Assembly (NCBI GenBank): GCA_026770705.1
Contig: JANJGN010000026.1
Span: 40,176,001-40,240,000, forward strand
DNA: 64,000 bases
Direction: 5' to 3'
Source of the DNA: Isurus oxyrinchus
Lineage: Eukaryota
Both the position numbers and the translations under genes were made by a program. Under the pieces are notes generated by a model, which made no database searches, was not told the origin of the DNA, and saw nothing but the letters and a program-made list of their open reading frames with translations. This document shows positions 13,556 through 26,554 of the stretch, piece by piece; the stretch's first letter is position 1; each line of letters opens with the position of its first letter.

Positions 13556-14056
13556 ATGAAGCTGAGCCTCACTTTAGTGATCATCTCCCTGGATTTCTTA
13601 CTTTTCCCTCCGTGTTAGTGTGCTCACTATTCCTGACCAGAATATTTTATACATCCCTTATGTTATTTCACATTGTACTTTACTTTATTGCATATCTTCT
13701 ATTATCTTGTTCTTATTGTGCTATATTATAGTTTATTGTGCTAGATAATATTGATTTCATCTTATTACTCTATATCTACATATTCTTCTCAGACTCCACT
13801 GACAGTGAAGAAATGTCACAATCTCCCAAGTCAGTGGTTGCTACCAAAGGAGAAACTGCATCGTTCAGCTGTTCCATTAGAGTAGGAGGACAGATCCTAC
13901 ACTGGTACAGGCAACACCCGGACAGAACCGTGCAGCACCTGGCCAGTGTTCGGGACAGGATCACAGCTCGGTTGATTGCAGTAGAGAAGAGCAGTGCTCT
14001 GAATGTTAGTGACGCTCGAGTGACAGACACCACCACCTATTTCTGTGCGGTTGGGA
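13556..14056 (+). CDS. TRAV/DV: Apparently intact TCR V gene (family E): leader 13556-13613, V exon 13793-14056; very short CDR2
   Basis: MKLSLTLVIISLDFLLFPP|YSTDSEEMSQSPKSVVATKGETASFSCSIRVGGQILHWYRQHPDRTVQHLASVRDRITARLIAVEKSSALNVSDARVTDTTTYFCAVG; GT/AG phase 1 (donor choice inferred). Confidence 0.85.
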
Positions 14057-14095
14057 CACAGTCCAGCAAAGATCAGTAGAGATCGTACAAACACC
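14057..14095 (+). other. 23-RSS
   Basis: CACAGTC+23+ACAAACACC. Confidence 0.88.
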
Positions 14096-14999
14096 TGCCA
14101 GCGAGACGCTGACGGATTGTAATCGGTACAGACATCAGAGCGGGCAGTCTCACTCCGGCTAAACAAAAGCAATAAAGGAGCCTCCACAGTGAGGGTCACA
14201 GGGACCTTCCTAAAACACCTAATAACAGCAGCAAAGAAGAAGAGCTGAGGAACACTTGCGCAATTATATTAGTTGATTTCAACTCGAGTTTGTACCATAA
14301 TCGATTTTCATAAATCAATTTGATCACTTTCATTTACTTATTGCCTTTTTATGCAGTTTCAGTGCCTGTCTGTAATATTGAACAACTCTTCCCCATTTAT
14401 ACACAATGAACCCAGCTCACCAGGCAGTGACTGTGATGTCTAAAACAAACTTCAGATATAGAGTTCACCCACTGACCATTGAGCTTCAGAATGTTCCTTC
14501 AATGCTGGAATATTTTCTGTACCCATTAACAATCCCAAATTTGCTAGTGATAATGAACAGATCAGGATTGAACTCCGCGCCCCCCCACCTCCCCCCACCA
14601 CCACGCCCATCTCTAAAAGTGCAGGATTTCCCCTATCTGACTGTAGTCCAGCTCAGGATTTTTCCATTCAATGTCAGTCAGCTCACCACCGAAGGATCTC
14701 ACGGACCCATGGAGACACAAAGAAGTGAGATGAAAACTACCTGACACATAGCAGCAAACTATTAAGGGCGGGGATTGGAATGGGTATCTTCAAATCTGAT
14801 TCTGTGATGATCTGTCAGTCGGATCGGATTCTGCAGTTTGTTCTCTCGGTCGCTCCTGGAAACAGTTGGGTGACAGTTTGATCTGAGGTTAAAGTGGTTT
14901 CCTCTCGGTGTGTGTTTGAGTGGTTGACAGCACCGCTGGACATTCTGGCTGCACCTGCCCGAAATTCGATGCAAACCTCAACCGACAAGAATTCCCAGA

Positions 15000-15270
15000 A
15001 TGGAGTGAATAGAGTTTCACTAGGAAGGAAATACGTATTGAGAAGTAAGATAATGATGATGAGCGGACTGAGGGTGTTCCACAGGATGGTCCTCCTCTGC
15101 ATTGCTGCAGTCCGGGAAAACCTCTGTCAGAGCAGAAATACCGAGCCCGGCCCCACTGAACTGCCGGCCCAAACAATGCCAACTAGAACACAGGCAGCAT
15201 TCGGTCCAATAATAAGGCGGGTCAGAGAGGCGACAGCAAACGGAAGCTGTGGGCGGGGCTACATCAGGAA
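15000..15270 (-). pseudogene. Orphan family-A promoter and leader; V exon deleted
   Basis: ILWNTLSPLIIIILLL leader-like sequence and CCAAT-containing promoter alignable to 16385-16600. Confidence 0.65.
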
Positions 15271-15928
15271 GTCTTGTCACACATGGAATCCATTTGTAAG
15301 CAGCTGAAGTCAATAGTATTGTCCCCTTCGAAAATGACATAACTCTGCCTCTCTATAACAGCTGCGGCACTTTCATATTCATTCCATATTGGGGGAGAGC
15401 AGGGTGAGCACCGGCAAGTCAGAATTAGTAAATTATTCAATAATAAAGGGAATTATCATTAGCGACTTGGGATAAAACGAGGGTTGTATCTATGGGCAGC
15501 TGGATTAGTCTGTGTTAATGTTCAACAAGTATCAATGGTCTGAAACGGTTAAACTAAAGACAGGAAGAAGGGAATGTCTGAAATTATTCGTAACGGGTGG
15601 AGACAGAGGCTGAGAGAGAACAAGTCAGCAGGGAAACGCATCCAAGGAAAAGAAAGATGAGTTAAAGCACCATATATCGATTCGTAGTGTTCATTTTTCT
15701 TAGGTGTGAGAGTTGAAAACGCACATTGATATTACTGCTGAAGTGATCATTGTCAGTTCTTGTAAGGGGTTGTGTTTTGGTGCAATTTTAGGACGGTCTC
15801 TGTGCCTCCCACTGTGGAGGCATGATTATTGTTTCTATTTATGGGTGTGAGAGCGCCCTCTGCTGAGCACTAACTGGAACTCTCAGTGTGGGGTTTTTGA
15901 ACGGGGTCCACGTCTCTGCAACAGTATG

Positions 15929-16422
15929 GGCTCTCTGGCGCAGAAATATACCGCGCTGTCAGAGATCAGGGCATTGCAGATCATTAGCTCGGTAATCTTG
16001 GCTGTTTTATTTAACATAGCTGAAAAGCGATCGGTGATGTCGGTGTGTCTGTATTGTTTCCCTCCCCGAATGTGAAGCATGTACTGTGGAGGCTGCCCGC
16101 GGCGCTGACTGTACCAGTACACATAAGGGTTAGAATCGCTTGTTTTCAAGGTGCAAGTTAGTGTGACATTACTTTAATCTTCCGCCGTTATTTCAGCAAC
16201 CGGTTGTTCCACCGTCTCTGGGTGGCTCCATTCTAACATAAACCAATAGCAATAACAACAATTAGTATCAGCCTCATATAAATAAACATAATCGTCATCA
16301 ACATCACCATTTTCTTACTAAAAACAACATCTGGGTTACAGCATCAGGAAGAGAATGGAGTTTTACTGGGAAGGAAATACTTACTGAGAAGTGATGAGGA
16401 GCGGAGCGAGACGGTTCCCCAT
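15929..16422 (-). pseudogene. TRAV/DV: TCR V pseudogene (family A): leader 16385-16422, V exon 15929-16232
   Basis: ETVEQPVAEITAED*SNVTLTCTLKTSDSNPYVYWYSQRRGQPPQY...DSAVYFCARE; in-frame TAA, frameshifted leader; RSS CATACTG+21+TCAAAAACC; CTCF motif 15853-15866. Confidence 0.92.
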
Positions 16423-16879
16423 GGAAGTTCCTGAGTCTGCAATTTTGCAATGCAGGAAATTCTCTGCCGGAGCAGAAATACAGATCCCTGTTCCACTGCA
16501 CTGCTGACCCAACCAATGGCAGGGATGGACCAGCGGCAGCAATCACTCCAATGCACAATCGGATCAGAGCAACAGCAGAAAACGGAAACTGTGGGCGTAG
16601 ACTGAATACTGAATGAAGTGTGCAGTGACTCTCAGCTGCACCTGGTACTGCTGGAGCGGAAATAGCGACGGTTGAATCTGCAGAATTCTCTAACCATCCT
16701 GCACCTGCTCACTGTTCAACTGACTGAAACCAAATAAGGTGTTTAGAATCTTAGAAGAAGGACTGAGTCACGAGAGACTTCATGGAAAGAGTTATACAAT
16801 TCATCTTTCGTCTCCGCATTTTCCACATAGCCGGATATTCTGCAGTGGTTCCAGCTCTGAACAAATGGCAGTGAAATAA

Positions 16880-19410
16880 GAACATAAAACATAACATAAG
16901 AATATAAGAACGAGCAGCAGGTGCAGGCGATTCAGTCCCTCGAACCTGCCCAGCTATTCAATACGATCATTGCTGATTTCATTTCGGCCTCAGCTGCAAT
17001 ATCCCATCCTCTCCCCATAACCTCTCAACCCATTACTAATTAAAAATCTGTCTATCTCCTCCTTCAATTTATTCAACGTCCTGGCATACATTGCACTCTG
17101 AGGTAGTGAATTCCACAGATTCACGGCCCTTTGAGAAAAGTAATTGCTCCTCATTGATGATTTAAATCTGCCACCCCTTAGCCTAAAACTATGGCCTCTC
17201 GTTCTAGAATGCCCCACAAGTGAAAACATCCGCTCCACGTCTACTTCATCTATTCCCTTTAGCATCTTCTATACCTCAATTAGATCTCCTCTCACCCTTC
17301 TAAACTCGAGCGAATATCGGCCTAAACCGCTTAATCTCTCCTCATAAGACAAGCCCCGCATCTCTGGAACCAATCTAGTAAACCTGCTCTGAACTGCCTT
17401 CAATGCAATTACATCCTTCCTCAAGTAAGGGGACCATAACTGTGCACAGTACTCCAGGCAAGGTCTCACCAATACCTTGAACAATGGCAACAACACTTCC
17501 CTATTTTTATCCTCTATTCCTTTTGCAATAAATGCCAAAATTCCATTTTTCTTCCTTCTTACCTGCTGTACGTGCATACTAACTTTCAGCGATTCATGCA
17601 TGAGGGCACCCAGATCCCTCTGCACTGAAGCATTCTCAATTTTCTCTCCATTTAAATAATAAGTTGCCTTTTTATTCTTCCAACCAAAATTGATAACCTC
17701 ATCTGTGATAAACTCCATCTGCCAAATTTTGGCCCGTTCACCTAAGCTGCCCATATCCATTTGTAAATTTCTCACTTCTTCACTGCAACTTACTTTCCTA
17801 CCTATTTTGGTGTCATATGAAAATTTAGCTACAGTGCCTTCTATCCCTAAATCCAAGTCATTAATTTAGATTGTAGATAGTTGGGGCCCAAGGACCGAAC
17901 CTTTTGGCACCCCACTAGTTACAGCTTGCCATCTAGAAAAAGAGCCATTTATCCAGAACCTCTGCTTTCTGTTGGTTAGCCAATCCTCTATCCAAACTAA
18001 TATATAACCCCTAACTCCTTGTGAGCTTACCTTGTTTATTAATCTTATCTGTGACACCTTATCAAATGCCTTCTGGAAGTCCAGATATACTACAACCACA
18101 GGATCCCCATTATCCACTTTGCTTGTCATATCTTCAAAGAACTCTAGAAAATTAGTCAAACACGAGTTACTCTTCATAAAACCATGCTGACGCTGATGGA
18201 TTGCATTTTGACTTTCTAAATGCCCCATTACTATTTCCTTAATAATGGATTCCAACAATTTCCCAACGACAGACTTTAAACTAACTGGTCTGTAGTTTCC
18301 TACTTTCTACCTCCCCACTTTTTGAATAAGGGAGTTATATTAGCATTTTTCCAATCCTCTGGATCCAGAAAATTTTGGAATATTATAGCCAATGCAACCA
18401 ATATCTCTGCTGCCACTTCCTTCAAGGCCCTGGGATGTAGGCCATCTGGTCCTGGGGGCTTGTCACCCTTTAATCCCAATAGTTTGTTCAGTTCATTTTC
18501 TCTAGTGATGGTGATTGTTCTACGTTCCTCCTTCTCTATACCTTCTGCACTACCTGTTACTATTCGGGTGGCACTAGTCTCCTTCACTGTGAAAATTGGG
18601 GCAGAATATTGATTAAGTGTCTCTGCCATTTCTGCATTCCCCACTATTAACTCCCCAGTCTCATCCTCTAAAGTGCTAACATTCGCTTTAGCTACTCTAT
18701 TTCCTTTTATATACTTGTAGAAGCTTTTGCTCTCAGTCTTTACATTTTGTGCTAGTTTTCTTTCATAATTTACCTTTTTTCTTTTTATTATTTTTTCAGT
18801 AACCCTTTGTTGATCTTTAAACGTTTCCCAATCCTCCAGCCTGCCATTGAACTATGCAATTTGGTATGCCTTAGTTTTTGCCTTTAACTTCCTTGCTTAG
18901 CTGTGGATGCTCCCCGCCCCCTACCTCTTACCATCTTTCTTCCTCTTTGAAATACATTTTCCTTGGGAGGAATTGAATACCTCCTTAATTATCTGCCACG
19001 GTTCATCAACTGGCGTACTTTGTCGTCTTCCTGCCCAGTCTACCAGGGCCAAATCTGCCCTCACGCCTATGTAGTTACCTTTGTTCAACTCCAGAACACT
19101 AATGTGGGACTCAAGTTTCTCGCTCTCAAACTGAACCTGAAATTCTAGCATGCTATGGTCACTCTTCCCTAGAAGATCCTTTACTATGCGATCATTAATT
19201 AATCCCATGTCATTCCACAAAACCAAATCCAGTATAGCCTGCTCCCTCTTTGGTTCCACAGCATATTGCTCCAAGAAACAATCTCTCATATACTCCCTGA
19301 ACTCTCCCTCGAGGCTCCCTTGCCAATTTCATTAGTCCGGTCAATCTGCATATTACAATCACCCATCATTATTGCCGTGCCTTTCTTACGTGCTTCCAGT
19401 ATTTCCTGGT
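16880..19410 (-). mobile_element. CR1 LINE, 5'-truncated (EN remnant, RT, 3'UTR with microsatellite tail)
   Basis: PPGPDGLHPRALKE, YLDFQKAFDKV, SGVPKGSVLGP, LEFRRVRGDLIEV in frameshifted ORFs. Confidence 0.95.
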
Positions 19411-19959
19411 TTATACTGTAATAAGTGAATATAATATTTCCCTCTTTTTTGCTCACAAAATGATGGTCTTGGATTTTCGAATTTTCTGCTAATGGAAACA
19501 ATTATACACAATATACCACATCAAATTTCTTATCTTTTTCAATATTTCGAATAAATGTCTCCTTTGATAATTTGACAGAAGAAGACTAATAACTGCTTCT
19601 CTAGCCTGCTTAATTGAGGACATCTCCCCTGGTACATCCCAATCTACTTTCTGCAACACCTTGACATTCATGTAAATGGTATTTCCTTGGTGGCTAAAGA
19701 GTGGTTTATAAAGAATTATCATTGCTTTCCGCCATAAACATCAAGAAAAATAAAGACCGAGTCTGATTAGATCCAATTTAGATTTCTAAGAGAACATATC
19801 TGACATTGGTGTTTTGATATGTGAATCAATGAACGCGAAATCCACTCGATGGTCGAACTTCTAGAACGGATTGAACATAATCCGCCAGCAGAGGGCGCCA
19901 AACCCAAGCATGCTAATTAGAATGTCACGTGTCATCAAAGCTAAAGCCAATAAAGATGG

Positions 19960-20250
19960 TACCCTGAGTAAGGTCTGTCAGAGTGAGAGGTCGCCCATTT
20001 AAAACAGGGATGAAGAGGAATTTCTTCCCTCAGTGATGGTGAATCTGTTTATCCCAGAGGACTGCAGAGGCAGGGCCGTTAAATATATCCAAGGCCGAGG
20101 ACAGATTTTTAATCAGTAGGAGAATCAAGGGTTATGGGGAAAAGGCAGGAAACTGGAGTTGCATATTATGAGATCAGCCATGCTCTCGTTGAATGGCGGA
20201 GCAGATTGGTGGACTGAATGGCCTATTTCTGCACTTATAGTCTTATGGCA
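19960..20250 (+). mobile_element. CR1 LINE 3' end
   Basis: Alignable to the CR1 3' region at 16900-17250. Confidence 0.75.
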
Positions 20251-20375
20251 ACAGTGGGCCTGGCCCCCTGCAGTGTGTGGGTGGAACAATGAGATGAACA
20301 GAGCCCGGGTTCGCTCTCTCCTTCTCAATCTCTGGAACTTTCCATTCACATTCACTGAGAGAGTTTCACTCAGTC

Positions 20376-20875
20376 ATGTTTCTGATAATACTGGCGGCTC
20401 TGTTGGACAGTAAGTGCTGGATTACGTTTTTCAATATAGATTAGCAGGTTGGTCCAAAGAGCTTGTACTAGGAATTAATGTAGGTAATCATAGTTTAGTA
20501 AATTGGAATTTACTAATACTCTAGAGTTCGATTGAGTCTCTTTAAATTTCTGCTCTTTTCTTCGTCTATTTTCACAGGCGGACTATGTGCAGATCCAGTA
20601 ACGTAATCACCGGTGACATTAACTGCGCCGGAAGGGGACTCGGTGCAGTTAGATTGTATATATACAGTATGCAATGGTATCGGCAGAAACCGGCACAACC
20701 TGTAAGTTGGGTAATCAGCAAACTAATAGGACTGAAAATAGTTGAAATCTCAGGACGATAACTGGCGGCTGCTGACGCATCTAAGAAGTCCGGTTATCTC
20801 AAAATAAGTGGCCTGAGTGCCGAGAGCGCTCTGAGGCCCAGTGTCAGTTAAAAGCCGAAAACCCGTACAGAAAAC
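20376..20875 (+). pseudogene. TCR V pseudogene (family F): leader 20376-20409, exon from 20578
   Basis: MFLIILAALLD|..ADPVT*SPVTLTAPEGDSVQLDC..WYRQKP; RSS CCCAGTG+23+ACAGAAAAC at 20837-20875. Confidence 0.85.
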
Positions 20876-21054
20876 TCAGCGAGTATTCACTACTCAGCTA
20901 AGTGTTTTTAATGTCTATCTGCGACTTTAGTTTGCTCCCGAGCTCACAGAGAACAAGAGCTGACAGGTTTATTTTGAAACATTTGTATTGTTGTACTCGG
21001 CCTTGTCCAAATCAGCAGAGAGCCGGCCTGGGAAATTTTGAGACTCGACTCCAT

Positions 21055-21365
21055 GGCCCGAGTTATAGCTCTTCAGTAAATGTCTCGGAGCTTACCCGAA
21101 CATTTGATGTACCAACAGATGTAGAGAAAGCTCACAGGCATGGAATAACTATAGCTGATCATTACGGTCTGTTCTCCCACACAGTTAACTCAACGGGATC
21201 TTGGGACACTTGGTTGACACCACTCGTTACTGTAACAAAACAAAGAAGGTGTCAAAGTCTGGAATTGAATTTAACGCATGAAATAGACAATGACGCTTTA
21301 AATATAGAATTAACAAACAGCATGACCGTTATCAGAAAGGGCCATAGAGAGTACGTAGTGTCTGG
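21055..21365 (-). pseudogene. 3'-truncated family-C V remnant
   Basis: VSQDPVEL...WYIK..APRHLLKSYNSG plus leader remnant. Confidence 0.7.
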
Positions 21366-21404
21366 TGTAGACTTCGACAGACAGTAACTGAATTTTAAAC
21401 GGCT

Positions 21405-22540
21405 TTTCAGGTGAGGAAGTGAGGTGATCGTGACTACCATTGATATCAAGGCCACATTTGATGGATTGTGACTTCAAGGAGCCCTAGCAAAACTGGAGTC
21501 AATGAGAATCAGGAGAAAATTCTCCGCTGGTTGGAGTCATACTTAACACAAAGGAGGATAGTTGTGGTTGTTGCAGGTCAGTCATCTCAGCTACAGGAGT
21601 TCCTCAGGGTAGTGTCCTAGGTCCAACCATCTTTAGCTGCTTCATCAATGAACTTCCTTCCATCATAAGGTCAGAAGTGGAGATGTACGCTGATGATTGC
21701 AAAATGTTCAGCAATTCGTGACTCCTCAGATACTGAAGCAGTCCATGTCCAAATGCAACAAGGCCTGGATAATATCCAGGCTTGGGCTGAAAAGTGGCAA
21801 GTAACATTCACACCACACAACTGACAAGCAATGACCATCTCCAACAAGGGAGAATCGCCTTTGATGTTCAACGGTATTACCACCGCTGAATCCCGCACTA
21901 GGCACACCCTGGGGGCTACTATTGACCAGGAACTGAACTGGACTAGCCATATAAATACTGGCTACAAAAGCAGTTCAGAGGCTAGTAATCCTGTGGCAAA
22001 TAACTCACCTTCTGACACACCAATACCTGTCCACTATCTGCAAGGCACGAGTGAGGAGTGTGATGGAATAGTCCCCACTTGCATGGATGAGTGGAGCTCC
22101 AACAACACCCAGGAAACTTGACACCATCCAGGACAAAGGAGCCCACTTGATTGGCACCACATCCACAAACATTGAATCCCTCCACTACGTGGCACAGTAG
22201 CAGCAGGGTGTACTATCTACGAAATGCACTGCAGGAACTCATCAAGGCGCCTTAGACAGCACCTTCCAAACCCACGACGACTACCACCTAGAAGGACAAG
22301 GACAACAGATAGATGGGAACACCACCGCCTGGAATTTCCCCTCCAAGTCACACACCAACTTGACTTTGAAATATATCGCCTTTCCTTCACTATCGCTGTG
22401 TCAAAATCCTGGAACTCCTTTCCTAGCAGCAGCACGAGTGCACCTTCACCACAGGGACTGCAACAGTTCGAGAAGGCAGCACACATTCTCAACGGTTATT
22501 AGGGACAGGCAATAAATTCTGGCCCAGCAGGCATCCTGTA
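21405..22540 (+). mobile_element. CR1/L2-group LINE, RT to 3' end
   Basis: GVPQGSVLGP and YADD motifs; 3' tail shared with local SINEs. Confidence 0.9.
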
Positions 22541-22639
22541 AAATTACAATTCAGCATCGTACAAGATAATACAATATAGCAAAGTCCAGCAGAAGATAAC
22601 GGATCTGATGAGTGAAATATTGCTGTCAGAAATAGAGAT

Positions 22640-23064
22640 CACCCTCATGCGTTGGAAAGAGTAAGATACCCAGGAATGTGATCACTAAAGTGAAGCTCAG
22701 ATTCATGCGTCGGCTGTTATCGACTTGTATCTACAGGGACAGTCTTACATCTGTTTTCAGGCAATTGGTGAATCAGAAGATTCAAATCAAGAGAGGGACC
22801 TGGCGAAGGCATCACTGTTGTGTAATCAAACTGAACTCAACATCAATTACACTTTGTCTGGAGGACTCGGGTCTCTAGGACTTGTCATCACAAAGTGAAG
22901 CTTTGAGGGAGCTTCAGCATTTATGGAGTGTGGGGGAGAGGGGTGCTCATGCGTCAGAGTAACCGCCAGTGTGACGTAATTCTGCGGCCTGCGTGACGTA
23001 GGTCTGTCTGTGTAACATCACCTTGTAAACTTTGTGACGTCATCCGACAGACTATGTGACGTCA
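22640..23064 (-). pseudogene. Family-E promoter (CRE cluster 22971-23064) and orphan leader; V exon missing
   Basis: MNLSFTLVITFLGILLFP matches the 13556 leader; TGACGTCA at 23035-23042 and 23057-23064. Confidence 0.7.
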
Positions 23065-23389
23065 GGCTGTCTGGTTTGTGGAACAGAAACATTTTTCCTC
23101 GGAGCTGATCTGAATATCGAATCCTGAGTTTAAGGGAAATAAAACAGGAAACAGGAACAGGAAAGATGGTTTAACCTGTAGATTCATTTGGTGGTCGATC
23201 TGTTGGTAGGGCTGGAATCTGCAGTTTGTTTTCTCGGCCGCTGTTGGAAACAGTTGGGTGACAGTTTGATCCGAAATGAATGTGGTTTCCTCTCGGTTTG
23301 TGTTTGAGCAGCTGACAGCGCCGCTGAACCTTGTGGCTGCACCTGCTCGAGATTCGATGCAAGCCCCATCAGACAGGATCTGCCAGACA

Positions 23390-23950
23390 CAGCCCAAAGT
23401 ACCCGGACGAGACTGATTTTCATCGTAAACTCCGGCTGCGAGTCCTCCTTCGGACCAACTCGTCAAAGTTAACTTTCTCCGCTCAGGGAGAGAGATGTGA
23501 CTGCCTGAAAGGTGCTGTTGCTATTTTCTTGCCTCAGCAATTGCCTGAAAACAGATGTAAGACTGTCCCTGTAAATACAGCCAGATCGGGGCCAGCCAGT
23601 AACAGAATAAAACACAGTTCACCCCATGTAGTGTCATAAATGATACTTAAAGCAGCCACATCTCTTTCGTCGAAGCAAGTGAGGACAGTAGCTGAATGAA
23701 AACATCTCCATGACTCAGATCTGAAATGCATGTGCCAACAGGAAATTACTGACTGGAGGGTGTATAAAATTCGGATTGAAATCTTGATTCGGAAATGAGA
23801 CGAAATGTGTTTGTTCCACAATTACTTGCCATAATTATCTCTCCTCCCCCCGCCGCACCCTCCCCCCACCCCCTCCGCCCCCAACCTCCCCCTCACCCCC
23901 TCCCGACAACCATTTCAACCTAGATGCTGGGTGGCTGCATTGTCGATGCC
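23390..23950 (-). pseudogene. Degenerate TCR V (family D)
   Basis: SHGDV..Q..., FCY at the Trp position; inverted paralog of 12449-12975. Confidence 0.65.
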
Positions 23951-24675
23951 CGCTCTGTAAAATGTAAATTGTGATTAGAAGGAACTTGTTGTAATCTTCA
24001 CCATCAAGTATCTTCTGATGTTTCTCAACATCATCTCACCTCACTTCCTTGTGTATCCAGTGATGCTTTAAGGTTTGTAGTTGGGAACACGCTGGCAGCG
24101 AATGGAAACAACCCGAGCTGAGCTATAGTCAATGTCCTTTCAAGAGGAATGGTTACATGGTTAGGGACAGGGATGGGACTGGACCCCCTGGTCTAGTTAT
24201 TACAATTCAGAAGCACTGGTTTGTTAATGGCGTCAGGAAAGGTTTGACACTCGAAAGGAGAATGAACATTGCGGGAACTCTGTCCTCGGGGCTTGTTTTA
24301 AAGAGTGATAACACAACCTGATAAAGTGTCTTCGTTTTCTATAAACTGTTTTTGAACCAGCAAAGTACTCTGGTCAAATAAACACCACGTACAGGCTTTG
24401 ACAAAAGGGGCCTTGAAGGAGAGAGTGGAGAAGGGGAAAGGGCTGCATAAGAGTTCAGGCAGGCAATGAAAGATCATCAAAAGAATAAATGTGAGTTAGT
24501 GCAATACAAATTTATTTGTGGATTAAATTTTACTACAGTTGCAAGTTAAAATCAGCTAATATAATTCCTCAGTTGCTGCTCACCCGTTCTTCAGCGTTGT
24601 GTTTGTTTTGATATTTTATTGAAGACTCTGTGACCCTCACAGGCTGAGTTATTGCTTCAGTTTAGCGGTGTGAGA

Positions 24676-24750
24676 GCGCCCTCCGCTGAGCATTAATGGG
24701 AAATCCCAGTGGAGTTTTTGTACGGCATCCCCTATATCTTTGCAGCAGTG
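24676..24750 (-). promoter_or_regulatory. RSS (24713-24750) plus adjacent CTCF motif (24676-24689)
   Basis: CACTGCT+22+ACAAAAACT then TCAGCGGAGGGCGC. Confidence 0.8.
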
Positions 24751-25186
24751 AGAGTTCCAAGGCACAGAAATACACGGCGCCGTCGGATAGAAGAGCCCCG
24801 GTGATATTTAAATGAACCGTTTTGTTTCCTTTGTGCAAAACAGCAGAGAACCTGTCTGGGAAATCTGGAGACTTATCTACATTCCCTGAGCTATATATCT
24901 TCATTAAATATGTCAGAGCTTCCCCGGGATACTGGATGTACCAGAACAGGGTTGGGACAGCAGCCGTCGAATAATTACAATCCAGTTTTATGCTCTGTCC
25001 TTCCAGGACCTTTAATTCAGGGGAATCCTGGGACACTGAATCTTGACCATTTATTCCTGCAACAAAACACAGAATGTATCAAATATCTGGGAGTGAAGAT
25101 AACACAAGTAACGGACACGACCATTTAAACATTGACTCACCAGGTAGCAAGATCATTATTAGCAGCAAAGAACATGGGGAGCACAT
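24751..25186 (-). CDS. TRAV/DV: Intact TCR V gene (family C): leader 25141-25186, V exon 24751-25056
   Basis: MCSPCSLLLIMILLP|GINGQDSVSQDSPELKVLEGQSIKLDCNYSTAAVPTLFWYIQYPGEALTYLMKIYSSGNVDKSPDFPDRFSAVLHKGNKTVHLNITGALLSDGAVYFCALEL; canonical Cys/Trp/Cys and GT-AG. Confidence 0.93.
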
Positions 25187-26149
25187 GGTGACAGGATTAG
25201 AGCTCGGAAGAAATAAGATAAGATTTGAGATATGTTGACACTTCTGTTCTGATATTAAAGAGGAAATTCAGCTCAGGGGCAGACTTCACCTACTGAGGAA
25301 CTGAGGGGCGTTTCCCAGCGACAGGATTGGCTGGTCTCTCAGAACTGATGACAGTTGGGGCACCAATTAGTGTTAGTTTGGGCCGATTATTTCTTCTGAG
25401 TTTCTCTTTCTTCCTGTCTTTCTCGGGTTTTCGAGATCTCCCTTGGTCTCAGGATCTCTCTGGCTCGCTTTGTCTTTCGGTCTCTGTGGCTGTAACTCCC
25501 CTCTGGCTGTTTCTGACCCTCCATCACACATGCTTTCTCTGCCTCTTTCTCTGTCACCCGGTTTCCCTAATTTCAGAATGCAGAAAATCCAATTTTTCCC
25601 AGTCTCCCATTTCAATAAGTTCAGAAAAGTCCTCAATCAAGAGGAGCAGCTACAATAGATAAACTACTTAACCGCAGCTCGGAGGCAGCATTAAAATAGA
25701 AACAGTTAAGTTTACATCCCAACTATGGCACGCGTCCTATTCTTTGTCTGTGTTGATATTTAAGACTCGGCATCCCATCGGGATCTCGGTTGTTTCATTT
25801 CGTTAAAGCAAGCTTCTTTTAACCAGCAATGGCCGAGGTATTAAAATAAACAAGGGAACCACTAGGATTTAAAGTAAAGTTTAAATTAGCTCGCGTGTAT
25901 AAGTTCACCTGCACTAAGATACATTACAATAATAAGAAGAACTCTAGAAATGCGACATAATCATGCAACAATATCATGCTCCAGTAATTGCAGTTCCCTG
26001 ATCGTCTCTGTGCATTCACTGCAGCGGATATGGGCACAGTAACATGGTGATTATGAAACTGCTCTATTAATCTAGGAGGCCAAATGCCTCTCGGAAATTA
26101 TCCTTTCCCTATCGCCTGCTATCTTATCTTATTTTTCTTTGACTTCCTG

Positions 26150-26520
26150 GAATTCCTGCCTCCCTTTCGAGCATTATTATTCTCACTATATCCCTTAGAT
26201 TCCCTCGCTGTCTATGCCGGTTTCTCTCGTTTGGTCTCTCTTCGTTGCTCAATCTGTATTGTCTTCATATTTCTGCATCTGTTTCCTTCAATGTGTCTTC
26301 ATCTATTTCCCTCCCTGTCTCCGTTCTCCCTCATTTCTCTCAGTGTCTCTCGGACTGTTTATCTCACTGATTTCTATCATTCCCTTTCCTCCTGTTTATC
26401 TCTCCGTATCTTCACCTGTTTTCCTCTCTTTGTCTCCATTTCTATCACAGTCTCTCCCTCTGATTCACTCGCTATATTTTTAATTATTTCTCTTCATTTC
26501 TCAGTTTGCATGTCTTCATG
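26150..26520. repeat. CT-rich low-complexity tract (similar tracts at 26920-27180 and GA-rich 37060-37250)
   Basis: Degenerate (CT)n/(CTGT)n composition. Confidence 0.8.
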
Positions 26521-26554
26521 TTGCTGCATCTGTTCCCTTCAGTGTATCTTCAAC

